Source of the DNA: the human T2T-CHM13v2.0 reference genome, Homo sapiens
NCBI RefSeq assembly: GCF_009914755.1
Contig: NC_060930.1
Reading direction: 5' to 3' (one strand)
DNA: 64,000 bases
Both the position numbers and the translations under genes were made by a program. The stretch's first letter is position 1. Every line of letters starts with the position of its first letter. This document shows, one piece after another, positions 1 to 13,366 of the stretch. Below the pieces are notes generated by a model, which saw only the letters and a list, made by a program, of their open reading frames with translations, searched no databases and had not been told where the DNA came from.

Positions 1-149
1 GATGATATTTATTAATTTATTGGTTAGTTTGTGTCTTATTTTCCCCACTTGACTGAGCTCCATGAAAACAGCTCCTGGCACAGGATAAACACTCAGTGGA
101 TACTTATTGAATGACAGAAAAATAATCACCACCACCACCACCACCACCA

Positions 150-310
150 ATATTTACTTGGGTTTATTATGTGCCAGACACTGTTATAGGCATCTTATTG
201 GTTAACAAATTAAATCATTGCAATGGGCCTATATGAGATTAATACTTTTATTATCTCCATTTGACAGATGACGAATCTATGGTACAGGAAAGTTGAAACA
301 CTCAAAGAAC
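150..310 (-). mobile_element. MIR SINE remnant
   Basis: Contains 'attatctccatttgacagatgacgaa', the reverse complement of the MIR core, and 'tatgtgccagacactg'. Boundaries approximate. Confidence 0.65.
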
Positions 311-491
311 AATGATTCCAGCAAAATAGGCACTTTTGTGTATTCCATGTGTTGATCAAGAAATAAGAAGATATGCAAATAAACAAGAGGAGGAAAGAGA
401 GCTGGGGCATGCCTACTGCTCTGAATATTCAAAAAACAGGGATGAGGTGTAGTAAAAAGAAGCAAAGAGGAGAAAAGATGGAAATAGAGGC

Positions 492-871
492 TGTATTGGT
501 TTTCTAGGGGTGCCATAATAAAATACCACAGGTTGGGTGGCTTAAACAATTGAAATGCATATTCTCACAGTTCTAGAGGCTGGAAGTCCAGGTCTGGTTT
601 CTTCAGAGGTTTCTCTCCTTGGCTTGCAGATGTCCTCCTTCTTGCTGGGTCCTCCCATGGTTGTTCCTCAGTCTGTATTGACTGTGTCTTAATCTTGTCT
701 TCTTATAAGGACACCAGTCATATTGGATTAGGGCCCAAGCATAGGACCTCCTGTTACCTTAATTACATCTTTAAAGATCCTATCTCCAAATACAGTCAAA
801 TTTATTTAGAGTTACTAGTGACTTCAACATATGAATTTTTTGGGGGACACAGTTCAATTCAACACATAACA
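492..871 (-). mobile_element. MaLR solo LTR, MLT1B-like
   Basis: TG...CA ends. Reverse complement has 'tgtgtcccccaaaaaattcatatgttgaagtc' and 'gggccctaatccaatatgactggtgtccttataag', typical of MLT1B. Confidence 0.85.
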
Positions 872-952
872 GAGAGGAAATAAGTAATGTGTAAAACTGA
901 GTGGAAGTAAGTGAAATTAAGGGGATCAGGAAAGTTGTGGTGTAAAGCAGAA

Positions 953-1004
953 GGTATAGAAGAAATTATTGCATAGTTGGTATAGAAGAAATTATTGCAT
1001 AGTT
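953..1004. repeat. Perfect 26-bp tandem duplication
   Basis: ggtatagaagaaattattgcatagtt at 953-978 and 979-1004. Confidence 0.95.
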
Positions 1005-1114
1005 AAATGGAAAACAAAGGTGAAAAATAGAAGCCAGCAAGGAAAGAAAATAAATCAATGTACTCACTGAGAAAAAGAAGACACATATGAATATTTGTAC
1101 AATGACAAAGATAG

Positions 1115-1774
1115 TGTAACTGCCCAGTGGGTTTACCTAGCCCACTACCTAGACAGAATTGCAATACAGAAAGAGTAATTCACTCAGAGCTGGCTGTGCA
1201 GGAGACAGGAGTTTTATTATTACTCAAATCAGTCTCCCCAAGCATTCAGGGATCAGAGTTTTTAAGGACAACTTGGTGAGTAGGGAGAAGCCAGTGAGCC
1301 AGGAGTACTGATTAGTTAGGTAGGAGATAAAATCATGGGAAGTTGAAGCTGTCCTCTTGCCCTGAGTCAGTTCCTGGGTGGAGGCCACAAGATCAGAAGA
1401 GCCAGTTTAGATGATCTGGGTGGTGCAAGCTGATCCATCAAGGAAAGGGATCTCAAGCACTGATCTCAGAAGCAGTTTAGGGAGAGTCAGAATCTAGTAG
1501 CCTCTAGCTGCATGACTCCTAAACCATAATTTCTAACTTGTGGCTAATTTGTTAGTCCTACAAAGGCAGTCTAGTCCCCAGGCAAGAAGGAGGTTTGTTT
1601 TAGAAACAGGCTGTTATTGTCTTTGTTTTAAACTATAAACTAAGTTCCTCCCAAAGTTAGTTCAGCCTACACCCAGGAAGGAACAAGGACAGCTTGGAGG
1701 TTAGAAGCAAGATGGAGCTAATTAGGTTAGATCTCTTTCACTGTCTCAGTCATAATTTTGTAAAGGTGGTTTCA
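1115..1774 (-). mobile_element. ERV1 solo LTR, LTR8
   Basis: Reverse complement begins tgaaaccacctttacaaaattatgactgagacagtgaaagagatctaacc, like the LTR8 5' end. TG..CA termini and a perfect 4-bp target-site duplication (TSD) ATAG at 1111-1114 and 1775-1778. Confidence 0.9.
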
Positions 1775-2622
1775 ATAGAATACATAAAAGATTAACACAG
1801 GAAAAAAGAGACAGAAGAGGGACAATGCCATAAAAATGAACAGAGAAAAGGGGAAGAATTAAAAAAAATAGAAAACCAGCTTTACAACACATAGGATGTA
1901 TGCTGTATTTCATTTTTGTTTTGTTTTGGAAAATGTCCTATCATTTTGTAAGGTTGAATACTGAAGTGCATGATTTCTATGACTAAAGACTTCACTGACT
2001 TGAAATATTATAAGAAGGCGATGCTGATATTGGAAATATCATGGAGATAGAGTCAGGAATACTTTCCTATATGACAGTACTGATCTTTGTCATAAGAGAA
2101 AGTGTATCGGCCGCATTTTATAAAGCTTTGGGGGGCTTTAAAAAGCAAAGAAATTGAGATTGTGTTAGCTGGAATCCGGCAGCAGGTTTAACAGGAGATA
2201 CTGTTCTGCTACAGCTCTCACCAAGGGAGTTCAATTTCAACAGTGCTAATCTTTCCATTGTGGCGGAAGTTTAAATTTTGTGCCCCTAAGGAAAAATTTC
2301 CAAAGTAATTCCCATTGAACTTGCCTCCCAGAAATCCCTGCTTCATACACTATCCAGGTACCACCTGTGCCTCTCCAGGGCAATGGTACCTTTCTCTCCA
2401 CATGGTAAAACATACTCATTTGACATTTCAGATGCCAAATTCTTTTTTCCAGTGTGGTTAAATAAAGTTTCTATTGTTCCATAAAACTTCTGGCATGAAA
2501 TTTTAACTCTAATTTTTTTTCATTGTAATGTAATTTTGTGCACTTTATTCTTGGTTTCTGGTATTGCAAATTGATATAAAGCTTTTAAATATAGCTCTAC
2601 ATTGTTTTATTATTTTAGCTAT

Positions 2623-3406
2623 TGTAGGAAAGTTTAACTTTCCCTCTGAAGATTCAATAATTTGGGTCTATAAACAAACTGACAATATAGACAGATTAAC
2701 AGGAGAAAAGGCATCCAAATTGATATATGTGCAAATGCATGGGCAGTACACAAAATATGAGACTCAAGGAAGGGCCAGATGGCTGAAGCTTAAATAGCAC
2801 CTTCTTCATAGGAGAAAAGTGGTGAAATATAGGCAATTTTGAGAGGTAGTAAAAGATTTTTCATAGAATTGAATGGGCCCAAAGAGCAGACAGTAGCTTG
2901 TGAATGATTGTCTTTGGAAACTGAGTGGTACTGGAGAACAGTCAACGGCCTAGGACAAATTTCCCCTGAGATCTGGACGGAGGTGTTGACAACGGAAGAA
3001 GGTGAGGGCTGGAAGTTTATGGTGAACAAAGGTTGTCTTATGCAGATAAAGTCTCCCTAGAAATCTCTCAGGGCTACCCTCAGAAGAACAGATGAAAAGT
3101 CTGTCTGGGCATGATGGAGACTTTTAGTCTTTTCTCTTCTCTGGTGGTTAATCTTTCATGGTCATCTGATGAGATTCCTAGGGAGAGAGTTTCAATTGCA
3201 TTTTTTTTGGGAAGAACTTCCCTCAGTCAAATAAGGGAACTTCCAGAGAAAGCCCCTCCTGTGCCTGAGTGGTAGGAGAGAAACAAGAGAAAGCTAGAAA
3301 GTCATTGGTTCAGAGGCAGCTTCTAAGGCCTTTTAATTTCTTTTAGTTCAAAGTGCTCAGCATGCCAAAATGCTATAGGTTGGGGTATCAGTTCTGAGCC
3401 CCAACA
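2623..3406 (-). mobile_element. ERV1 solo LTR, MER4 group (MER39/MER34-like; subfamily uncertain)
   Basis: Reverse complement begins tgttggggctcagaactgataccccaa...ggcatgctgagcactttgaactaaaag. TG..CA ends with a near-TSD ctat/ttat. Confidence 0.75.
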
Positions 3407-3906
3407 TTATATTGAAACACATCAATGTAAGTATGTTTCTTTTCTGACTATGCATATAAAAAGTGTAATAACTAAACAGTCTTCTTGAATAATAGAATAA
3501 TAATTCACTATATAATTCTTTTATTATATTCAAAAGTGAGGCCAGGTCTGTTTTAGTTCTAACATAAGCTAGAATTTATCATGTTATGTATTTATTGCAT
3601 TTATTAATAACTGAGGGTCTCTGGGTCATATGGATCACTTGGGGTGCACAAGGAAATTTCAGGAATCCACTCCATATATAGTAAACAAAATATCAGGAAT
3701 TGGTCCAATGAAACTACATTGAAACAAACTTTCCAGATGATTCTAATATTTACTAAATTTAGGGAACTACTGGGAAATACTTTAAATGCAAGAAATAAAA
3801 TTGAGTCCAAATAAATCACCCTGCTGAGATATCACTTTATTACAAGTTTTTATACATGTACATTTCATATATAAAACAAATTATTTTTGCCTTCTTAAAA
3901 TTTTCT

Positions 3907-5707
3907 ATTTTATTAAATTTATTATACTTTAAGTTCTGGGATACATGTGCAGAATGTGCAGGTTTGTTACATAGGTATACATGTGCCATGGTGGTTTGCT
4001 GCACCCATCAACACGTCATCTAGGTTTTAAGCCCTGCAAGCATTAGATATTTGTCCTAATGCTCTCCCTCCCCTTGCCTCCTACCCCCCAACAGGCCCTG
4101 GTGTGTGATGTTCCCCTCCCTGTGTTCACGTGTTCTCACTGTTCAACTCCCACTTATGAGTGAGAACATGTGGTGTTTGGTTTTCTGTTCCTGTGTTAGT
4201 TTGCTGAGAATGATGGTTTCCAGCTTCATCCATGTCCTTGCAAAGGACATGAGCTCATTCTTTTTTATGGCTGCATAGTATTCTTTGGTGTATATGTGCC
4301 ACATTTTCTTTATCCAGTCTATCATTGATGGACATATGGGTTGGTTCCAAGTCTTTGTTATTGTGAATAGTGCTGCAATAAACATATGCGTGCATGTGTC
4401 TTTATAGTAGAATGATTTATAATTCTTTGTGTATATGCCCAGTAATGGGATTGCTGGGTCAAATGGTATTTCTAGTTCTAGAGCCTTGAGGAATCGCCAC
4501 ACTGTCTTCCACAGTGTGGAAGATCAGTTTGGTTGAACTAATTTATACTCCTACCAACAGTGTAAAAGTTTCTATTTCTCCACATCCTCCCCAGCATCTG
4601 TCGTTTCCTGACTTTTTATCGATCTCAATTCTAACTGGAGTGAGATAATATCTCACAATGGTTTTGATTTGCATTTCTCTAATGATCAGTGATGATGAGT
4701 TTTTTTTCATATGTTTGTTGTATATGTTTGTTGGCCACATAAATGTCTTCTTTTGAGAAGTGTCTGTTCATATTTTTTGCCCACTTTTTGATGGGGTTGT
4801 TCACTTTTTTTCTTGTAAATTTGTTTAAGTTCCATGTAGATTCTGGGTATTAGCCCTTTGTGAGATAGATTACAAAAATTTTCTCACATTCTGTAGGTTG
4901 CCTGTTCACTCTGATGATAGGTTCTTTTGCTGTTCAGAAGCTCTTTAGTTTAATTAGATCCCATTTGTCAATTATGGCTTTTGTTGCAATTGTTTTTGGT
5001 GTTTTAGTCATGAAGTCTTTGCCCACACCTATGTTCTGAATGGTATTGCCTAGGCTTTCTTCTAGGGTTTTTATGGTTTTAGGTTCTATGTTTAAGTCTT
5101 TAATCCATCTTGAGTTAATTTTTTTATAAGGTGTAAGGAAGGGGTACAGTTTCAGTTTTCTGCATATGGCTAGTCAGTTTTCCCAGCACCGTTTATTAAA
5201 TAGGGAATCCTTTCCCCATTGCTTGTTTTGTTGAAGATCAGATGGTTGTAGATGTGTGGTGTTATTTCTGAGGCCTCTGTTCTGTTCCATTGGTCTATAT
5301 ATCTGTCTTGGTACCAACACCATGCTGTTTTGGTTACTGTAACCTTGTAGTATAGTTTGAAGTCAGGTAGCATGATGCCTCCAGGTTTGTTCTTTTTACT
5401 TAGGATTGTCTTGGCTATATGGGCTCTTTTTTTTGGTTCCATATGAAATTTTAAGTAGTTTTTTCTAGTTCTGAGAAGAAAGTCATTGGTAGCTTAATGG
5501 GAATAGCATTGAATCTATAAATTACTTTGGACAATATGGCCATTTTCATGATATTGATTCTTTCTACCCATGAGCATGGAATGTTTTTCCGTTTGTTTGT
5601 GTTCTCTCTTATTTCCTTGAGCAGTGGTTTGTAGTTCTCCTTGAAGAAGAGGTCCTTCATGTCCCTTGTAAGTTGTATTCCTTGGTATTTTATTTTCTTT
5701 GTAGCAA
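3907..5707 (-). mobile_element. 5'-truncated LINE-1 (L1PA8-like): 3' end of ORF2 plus 3'UTR
   Basis: Minus-strand ORFs give ORF2 C-terminal peptides ([38 protein letters not shown]). 3'UTR has the 'taggttttaagccc' signature. 12-bp TSD ttaaaattttct at 3895-3906 and 5708-5719. Confidence 0.95.
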
Positions 5708-6053
5708 TTAAAATTTTCTTTAAACAATTTTCAACTTTACATTTCTCCATTTTTCACAAGAATATTTGAAAACTCTGATTTTATTTTCTTTAGTTTTGTT
5801 TGGCTTTAGAGACTTTACTGTAACAAGGTGATGCCAATTTAATGAACTCAAAGTACGTTGCACATATAAACAACAGCAGAACAAACGTTTCATGCTTGAC
5901 TGGGATTGTAACTGAAAGAGTTTTGTTTGAACAGTGCAGCTTGGTATATCAGATGGGAGGACTCAGGTCTCCTGAATCAAGGAAAACTTGCTCTGTTAGG
6001 CATGGCCACCAAAGTCCATATAAATTCTTTTTTCTCCCTTCAAAATTTGATGA

Positions 6054-6745
6054 TGTTGAGGAAATAGAATTAAAAACACAATCTTCTCTCAATCCAGAAA
6101 TTTTCTCCACGAAGATAGCAGAAACAAAAACCACCCCACTTTTGCTTTTGAATTAGCATTAAACCATGATGTGATGTTAATCACAATCAGCTGAAAGACT
6201 GCAAAATCTCACCCCTCTATATGCCAACCAGTTACGACCCATTGCATACATGCTTTCAATATAAACAATAACTAGTCCATGAGTAAAAAGATTTAACAGC
6301 ACTATTTGTCTTACATAATTCATCCTCAAATCAACCATTACCAGGATGACTGTCTGTGTTAATTGACTTTACCCAGAGAAAAAAACAAACTTCTCCCATA
6401 TTTGTGGCAGGATGTAATTTTGTGACTTGCAGCAAGGTGCCCACTGAAGTTAGGTTCCTAATCTCTCAGAGAAACTTGGAGATAGGGGTGCTATACCCCT
6501 TGATGTTTACATTTCAAAGAGATGGCTCCTGAATCCTTGAGAAAGGCAATCCTGACTCTTAAAGCTGACAAAAGGCCTATCTGGTTTTCAAAAGGATTTA
6601 CATACATTTCAAAGAGAAGAGAAGGTACTTATAATTACAAGTTTTCAAATGCAAATGCTCAAAAAGAAAGGGAGAGAGGAGCTCTTTCCTCATTTTCAAC
6701 AGGCCGAATTAAGCACCTTACTTTTAATTTGCGTTTGTCCTTACA
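6054..6745 (-). mobile_element. ERV1 LTR, MER4-group-like (subfamily uncertain)
   Basis: TG..CA bounded. Reverse complement begins tgtaaggacaaacgcaaattaaaag and ends tttaattctatttcctcaaca, resembling MER89/90/92-type LTRs. No clean TSD. Confidence 0.55.
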
Positions 6746-7999
6746 ACTACCACTCTTAAATGTGAATTCCTAATTAAGAACCATGAAGCTGACTCATTTC
6801 ATCAGATAAAGGCTTTTGGTTTTCTCTGCTGTTACGTCAATAAGTTTAAAATATCCAAATTTTCACCCTTATTTTCCCTGCGACCAAGGGTCTACATTTA
6901 CAGGACAGCTCGGTGGGTTTATCAACAGTCATCAGTTTGTAGTGATAAGCCTGGTACCGAAGGGAACAATAAAATGTGTAAACTTGCCTCCTAATTATAG
7001 CATATCACCAGCTGAGGCACAGAAACTTGTATTACAGATGTTCAATTAGTTCTTGACTTCCAGTCACTGATTTTGGACTCTAACCTGGACTAAGAAATTT
7101 TCATTTTAAGAATGTATGTTCAGTCCTGAGATAGTTACAGGTGTTTGCTGGGAGATTTTGTTCAGAAAGGGGCACTCACAGGGTCGCATTTGATTTGAAG
7201 GGTGCTCATCAGGACACACCTGAGGCCATCTGGACCCTCAGTCGTGGTTATGCTCGAAGTGTTTGCCTTCTAGAGAAACAGTTACTTGTACAAGTGTTAT
7301 TTTCAGAACATTCCTTTGACTTTCTGCATAAATAGGCATCACATCACTTTCTCACTCCACTCCAATTTCTATCTTCTTGAAAAATGAGCAACGTGAACTG
7401 GTTGGGGCCAGAGGGGAACGCTCCTGATTCAGCAAGTGGCAGTGGGATACTGAGTGGCCTTGTATGACTCAATATGTTTACTCTTAAAGGGTTGGCTCCC
7501 AAGGAGTTGCACAGATAGTTCTTGGGCTTCAGTCAAAGAAAAGAATAACACAGCTGCCCTCAGCAAGGGGGAATTCCAGCATAATGGATTGGCAATGGAA
7601 ACAGTTTAAACCAATATAAATATAATAGCCACCCACTGAGAGGCAATATACACACACCAGACCAGCCTTGAAGTGCTGTTCTTGGCCAGTGTAATCTACT
7701 CAGGGTTATTTTATGAGACTTGATATAAGGAAAATGGGTGAAGAGAAAATGAAAAGTAAGGGAAAGTCGACCAGTCCAAATGACATGCTAAAGCCCCAAA
7801 CTCCTGCTTCAGGGGCATTGCTGCTTTGTATGACACAGAAAGAATGGTATCTGTCTAGCTCCTTAAGAAGTAATATGTTTTTAAGTGCTAATCTGGCCTG
7901 ATTTCAGTTCTAATTATGCTGGTAACTGGTGAAATGGCTCTGGACGTTTTACTTCCCTACTCTACTTGATAAAAATAAGGGGTTGTGTTAGAAAGCCAG

Positions 8000-8245
8000 T
8001 CCAAAAAAAGTGCCTGGAACTTGGGCTCTAGAACTCTGGGCGCCATTGCGAGCACCTTTCAAGATGGCTGTGTGAACTTGGGCAAGTTTCTTACCCTCTG
8101 TAAGCCTTACTTTCCTCATCTGTACAATGGGGACAATAGTACTACTTTCTTAATACCCTTCTTATAAATATTAAAGGAGATATTCATATGAAAGCACTTT
8201 CAACACGTCAAGCCCATGATGAGTACTTACTGAAGGTTAATCATC
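8000..8245 (+). mobile_element. MIR SINE
   Basis: MIR core 'ggctgtgtgaacttgggcaagtttcttaccctctg...ttcctcatctgtacaatgggga'. Confidence 0.8.
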
Positions 8246-9076
8246 CTTATAATCAGGAACCTTTATAGTCTCTTCCTGCTTCTAATGTCTAAGATTTTTA
8301 TAATGCTTTGTCATTTCTATATCATCAAGTTTTAACGCCTAAGGGAAATTCTCTTTGAGAAATAGTTATATTTTCTGGCTTCATATTTCTAAAAATAAGA
8401 TTTATTTGTATGCCTTTAATTCTAAACCTTAAGCATTGTTTCAGAAAAGCTTCTCTTTCCCATGATAAATTCCATCAAATTTGCAGAAATGAAGGGATCT
8501 CTACCTCTGTTTATGTTTCAGAGGCTTCCTGAGCGGTAGTCATGTTAAGCCTAGCAGTGAGGGCATACGTTTCTAAAAGTTAGATGATGTTCACCAGAGT
8601 GGATCTTTGCATGGATCTTGTAAGATAAAGTTCATGGCCAACATGCCTATAACAAGAGACACATTAACAAGAGAAAAGCATAACAAATTTAGTCAAAGTT
8701 TTACATGACATGTAAAGCCTTCAGAAATGAAGATCCAGAGACTTAGGGAAAACTACTTTTTTTTTTTTTTTTTTTTGCTTAGGTTGAATGAAACATGGAT
8801 AGCCATGTAGAAATGTGATTGGACAAGAGTATGATCCAATGGTAATAGACTGAGTGGGAAGGAAAACCATTCTAAAAGGCCTTTTGCTCAGATTCTTTTT
8901 GCCTCTCCACTGTAACATTTCTTCCTCCAGGAAATATGGGAGGATCTCTCTGGAATGGGAGTTTTTATAATCTACTATCAGACAAGCATAGGTCAGTGAA
9001 TTTCTTTATGGCAAGCTCCTAGATAGACTGGAGAAGGTTAAAGTAATATTTCTAGGTTTTGTTTTCTAGTTACTGT

Positions 9077-10135
<1,059 letters not shown>

Positions 10136-10360
10136 CTATTACCTGCCTCGGGGATAAGGAATTCTGATTTCTATGACTTGCTTCAAAGAAGATTGAGGGG
10201 TGAGAGACAGGAAGCCACTAGAAGGTCAGAGAGACCATGCCAGCGTTCTGGGGCTGTTTCTGAGGTTTTCCAATTTCCTTTACTTCCAAGTATTCAACAT
10301 GCCAAAGCACTATATTTTGGGGGTATCTTTTTCTGAGCTCCAACAATCTACATTAAGTAT

Positions 10361-11482
10361 TGTGTCCGGAATTGGTGGGCTCTTGGTCTCGCTGACTTTA
10401 AGAATGAAGCCACGGACTCTCATGGTGAGCATTACAGTTCTTAAAGATGGCGTGTCCAGAGTTTGTTCCTTCAGATGTTCAGATGTGTCTGGAGTTTCTT
10501 CCTTCTGGTGGGTTTGTGGTCTCGCAGACTTCAGGAGTGAAGCTGCAAACCTTTGCAGTGAGTGTTACAGCTCATAAAAGTGGTGCAGACCCAAAGAGTG
10601 AGCAGCAGCAAGATTTATTGCTAAGAGCAAAAAAACAAAGCTCCCACAACACAGAAGGGAACCCCACCGGGTTGATGCTGCTGGTTTGGGTGGCCTGTTT
10701 TTATTCCCTTATCTGGCCCCACCCACATCCTACTGATTGGTCCATTCTACAGAGAGCTGATTGGTCCATTTTACAGAGAGCTGATTGGTCCATTTTACAG
10801 AGAGCTGATTGGTGCGTTTTGACAGAGTGCTGACTGGTGCGTTTGCAATCCTTTAGCTAGATACAGACTGCTGATTGGTGCGTTTACAATCCTTTAGCTA
10901 GACACAAAAGTTCTCCAAGTCCCCACCAGATTACCTAAACACAGAGCACTGATTGGTGTGTTTACAAACCTTTGGCTAGACACAGAGTGCTGATTAGTGC
11001 CTTTACAAACCTCTAGCTAGACACAGAGTGCTGATTGGTGCGTTTACAGTACTTTAGCTAGACAGAAAATTTCTCCAAGTCGCCACCTGACCCAGAAGCC
11101 CACCTAGCTTCACCTCTCAATGGCACTTGTGGTGGGACTTTGCAGCACCTAGCCCAGGCACTCCAGCAGCCCCCAGGGAGCTTGTCCCTGATCAAGCCCA
11201 GCAGGTGCCTGCTGGCGGCACATAGTGTGGGGCCCGCAGAGCTGGCGCCCACCCGGAACCAGCACTGCTGGCAAGCGCCACGCGCAGCCTGGCTCCTGCC
11301 CACGCCTCTCCCTCCACACCTCCCAGCCAGCAGAGAGAGCCAGCTCTGGCCTTGGCCAGCCCCAGAGAGGGGCCCCCACAGTGCAGGGGTGGGCTGAAGG
11401 GCTCCTTGAGCAGCCAGAGCTGACCGGAGGCAGAGGAGGCGCTGAGAGCTAGCGAGGGCTGCTAGCACGTTGTCACCTCTCA
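10361..11482 (-). mobile_element. ERV9 solo LTR, LTR12 family (LTR12D/E-like)
   Basis: Reverse complement starts tgagaggtgacaacgtgctagcag and ends cccaccaattccggacaca. It has a GC-rich U3, tandem gctgattggt repeats and a perfect 4-bp TSD GTAT at 10357-10360 and 11483-11486. Confidence 0.95.
10695..11045 (-). promoter_or_regulatory. LTR12 enhancer/promoter: CCAAT (NF-Y) array and TATA-like AATAAA box
   Basis: Seven intact ATTGG (CCAAT on minus) and two degenerate copies at about 10733-11040. Minus-strand GGAATAAAA near 10700. NF-Y dependence of ERV9 LTR promoters is established, but activity of this copy is unknown. Confidence 0.65.
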
Positions 11483-13025
11483 GTATGAGGTATAAAAGAA
11501 ATATATTTCATTAAATTTAATAATTACTTTACCTAACTTAGTAGTTGGGAATGACTGAAGATAAATGAATACAATGTATTTTTATAAGTCTTATTAATAT
11601 CATAGTGGATAAGGAAAAAAATGAGAAGGTGGATGCTGGATACTTGGTCTTCTCATAGATCTAGGAGGTGTATGTACATGTTTCATATTGCGCTTCCAAG
11701 AATGAAATGAGATAGAGGCACATTACTGTCTCTAGTAGTACACGCAATAAAACTGAAGAATATCCATATTTTTAAAAGATGTAAGATCCCCATAGATTCA
11801 AGTAGCTCACCTTTTCTAAGTGTTATTTTTAATATTCATGATAAAACTCATATTACTCAGCATATTATTAATAATAAATTTCTAGAGCACATATTCTAAT
11901 GTTTCTTAACACATATTTTCGCTTTACTAAACAAAGTGATGTTAGGTTATGTTTCAGGCAGCTTAATCCCTTAAAAAGCAAATTTTAAGGGTGGTGTTAG
12001 CCTTTTGGTAGCCAGAGCATACATAAATAATATTATTTCATTTACCCGTGTTAACCAAAAACCTTTATGGAGCTTTATGAATATCTCAAACATAGCATTT
12101 TTGGTGTCTTTTTTGGAAAGAGTAACCAATTAATTAAAAAATGCTTTCTCCATGCCATTTATCCTTTCTCTTTGCATGGAAGTTATGTGAAACTAGGAAG
12201 GAAATGTAATGTCTGCTTTATACAACCTTTACTGACATAAATTAATTTTCAGTTAATGAGAATTTGCAACTAAACAGTGTTCTTTATTCTTCAAGTGGTA
12301 GTAACTATTATTAAGGGGCAACACCTCATTCCTCTGTAGTTAATGTGTCTGGTATTTCTGGAGATAAGAAGAAAACATTGAAGATGCCCCAAGGCCACAT
12401 ACTTCTCAAGGAGATATTTTATTTAAAAATTGTAAGATTTAAGTTCCTCTATGTATGAGTGGGTATGTGTTGTGTGTGTTCATTTCGTGGCTGTTTGTGA
12501 GAAGCATTTCCTTGTAAAGCTCTGTTAAGCAATTTGAAGCATTAGGCAATCAGTTCACCTTTTGACCACCAAGAATATGGGAAGCCCAGTGAAGTTACTC
12601 GTTTATAAATCATAGTCATTCATATGTCTAGGAGAGACACGGACCCAGTTTTCACTCTAGTACTGTGACAGCTAGAAGGACTGTTTTCTGAAAACACATG
12701 TAGGGTATGAGGCAGGGGCAGAGAGGGGAGTTATGTAGCCTGAAAATTAGAGCTATTTGTCCTTCTTTAAAGATAGTACGTGGTAGCAGTAAAAACATCT
12801 CCTATAAGGAGCTTTTGCTTCCTTTAACTTTACAATCTGAAGTTCTTTATCCTGTTTAATTTGGGTATATTATGTTAAAATGCGTATGGGACATAATTGA
12901 ACAGTAAAGTACTTTCAAGTGACCTAGCTGAGAAGATCATACATTTGCTAAATATTTGTAATATTTTAGGCACCTGATGAACTAAAATACAGGCTTTGTT
13001 ACAAAAGAAATAAAGAAGTAGGCGA

Positions 13026-13366
<341 letters not shown>

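Noticed and set aside
2100-2270. A few retained CpGs and an ETS-like GCGGAAGT
   Set aside because: Far below CpG-island density, and a single motif is not enough evidence.
4143-5750. ORFs with convincing protein-like sequence (also 41950-42810, 46046-46393, 47590-47889)
   Set aside because: They are fragments of L1 ORF2 in truncated, frameshifted elements, not genes.
10731-11045. Regularly spaced gctgattggt repeats resembling a CRISPR-like array
   Set aside because: These are the known LTR12 enhancer repeats. The spacers are homologous to each other, the context is eukaryotic and there are no cas genes.
10200-11468. Overlapping 75-136 aa ORFs, including the repeated peptide 'ADWSILQR'
   Set aside because: They are by-products of the GC-rich LTR12 U3 and its 24-bp CCAAT tandem repeats.
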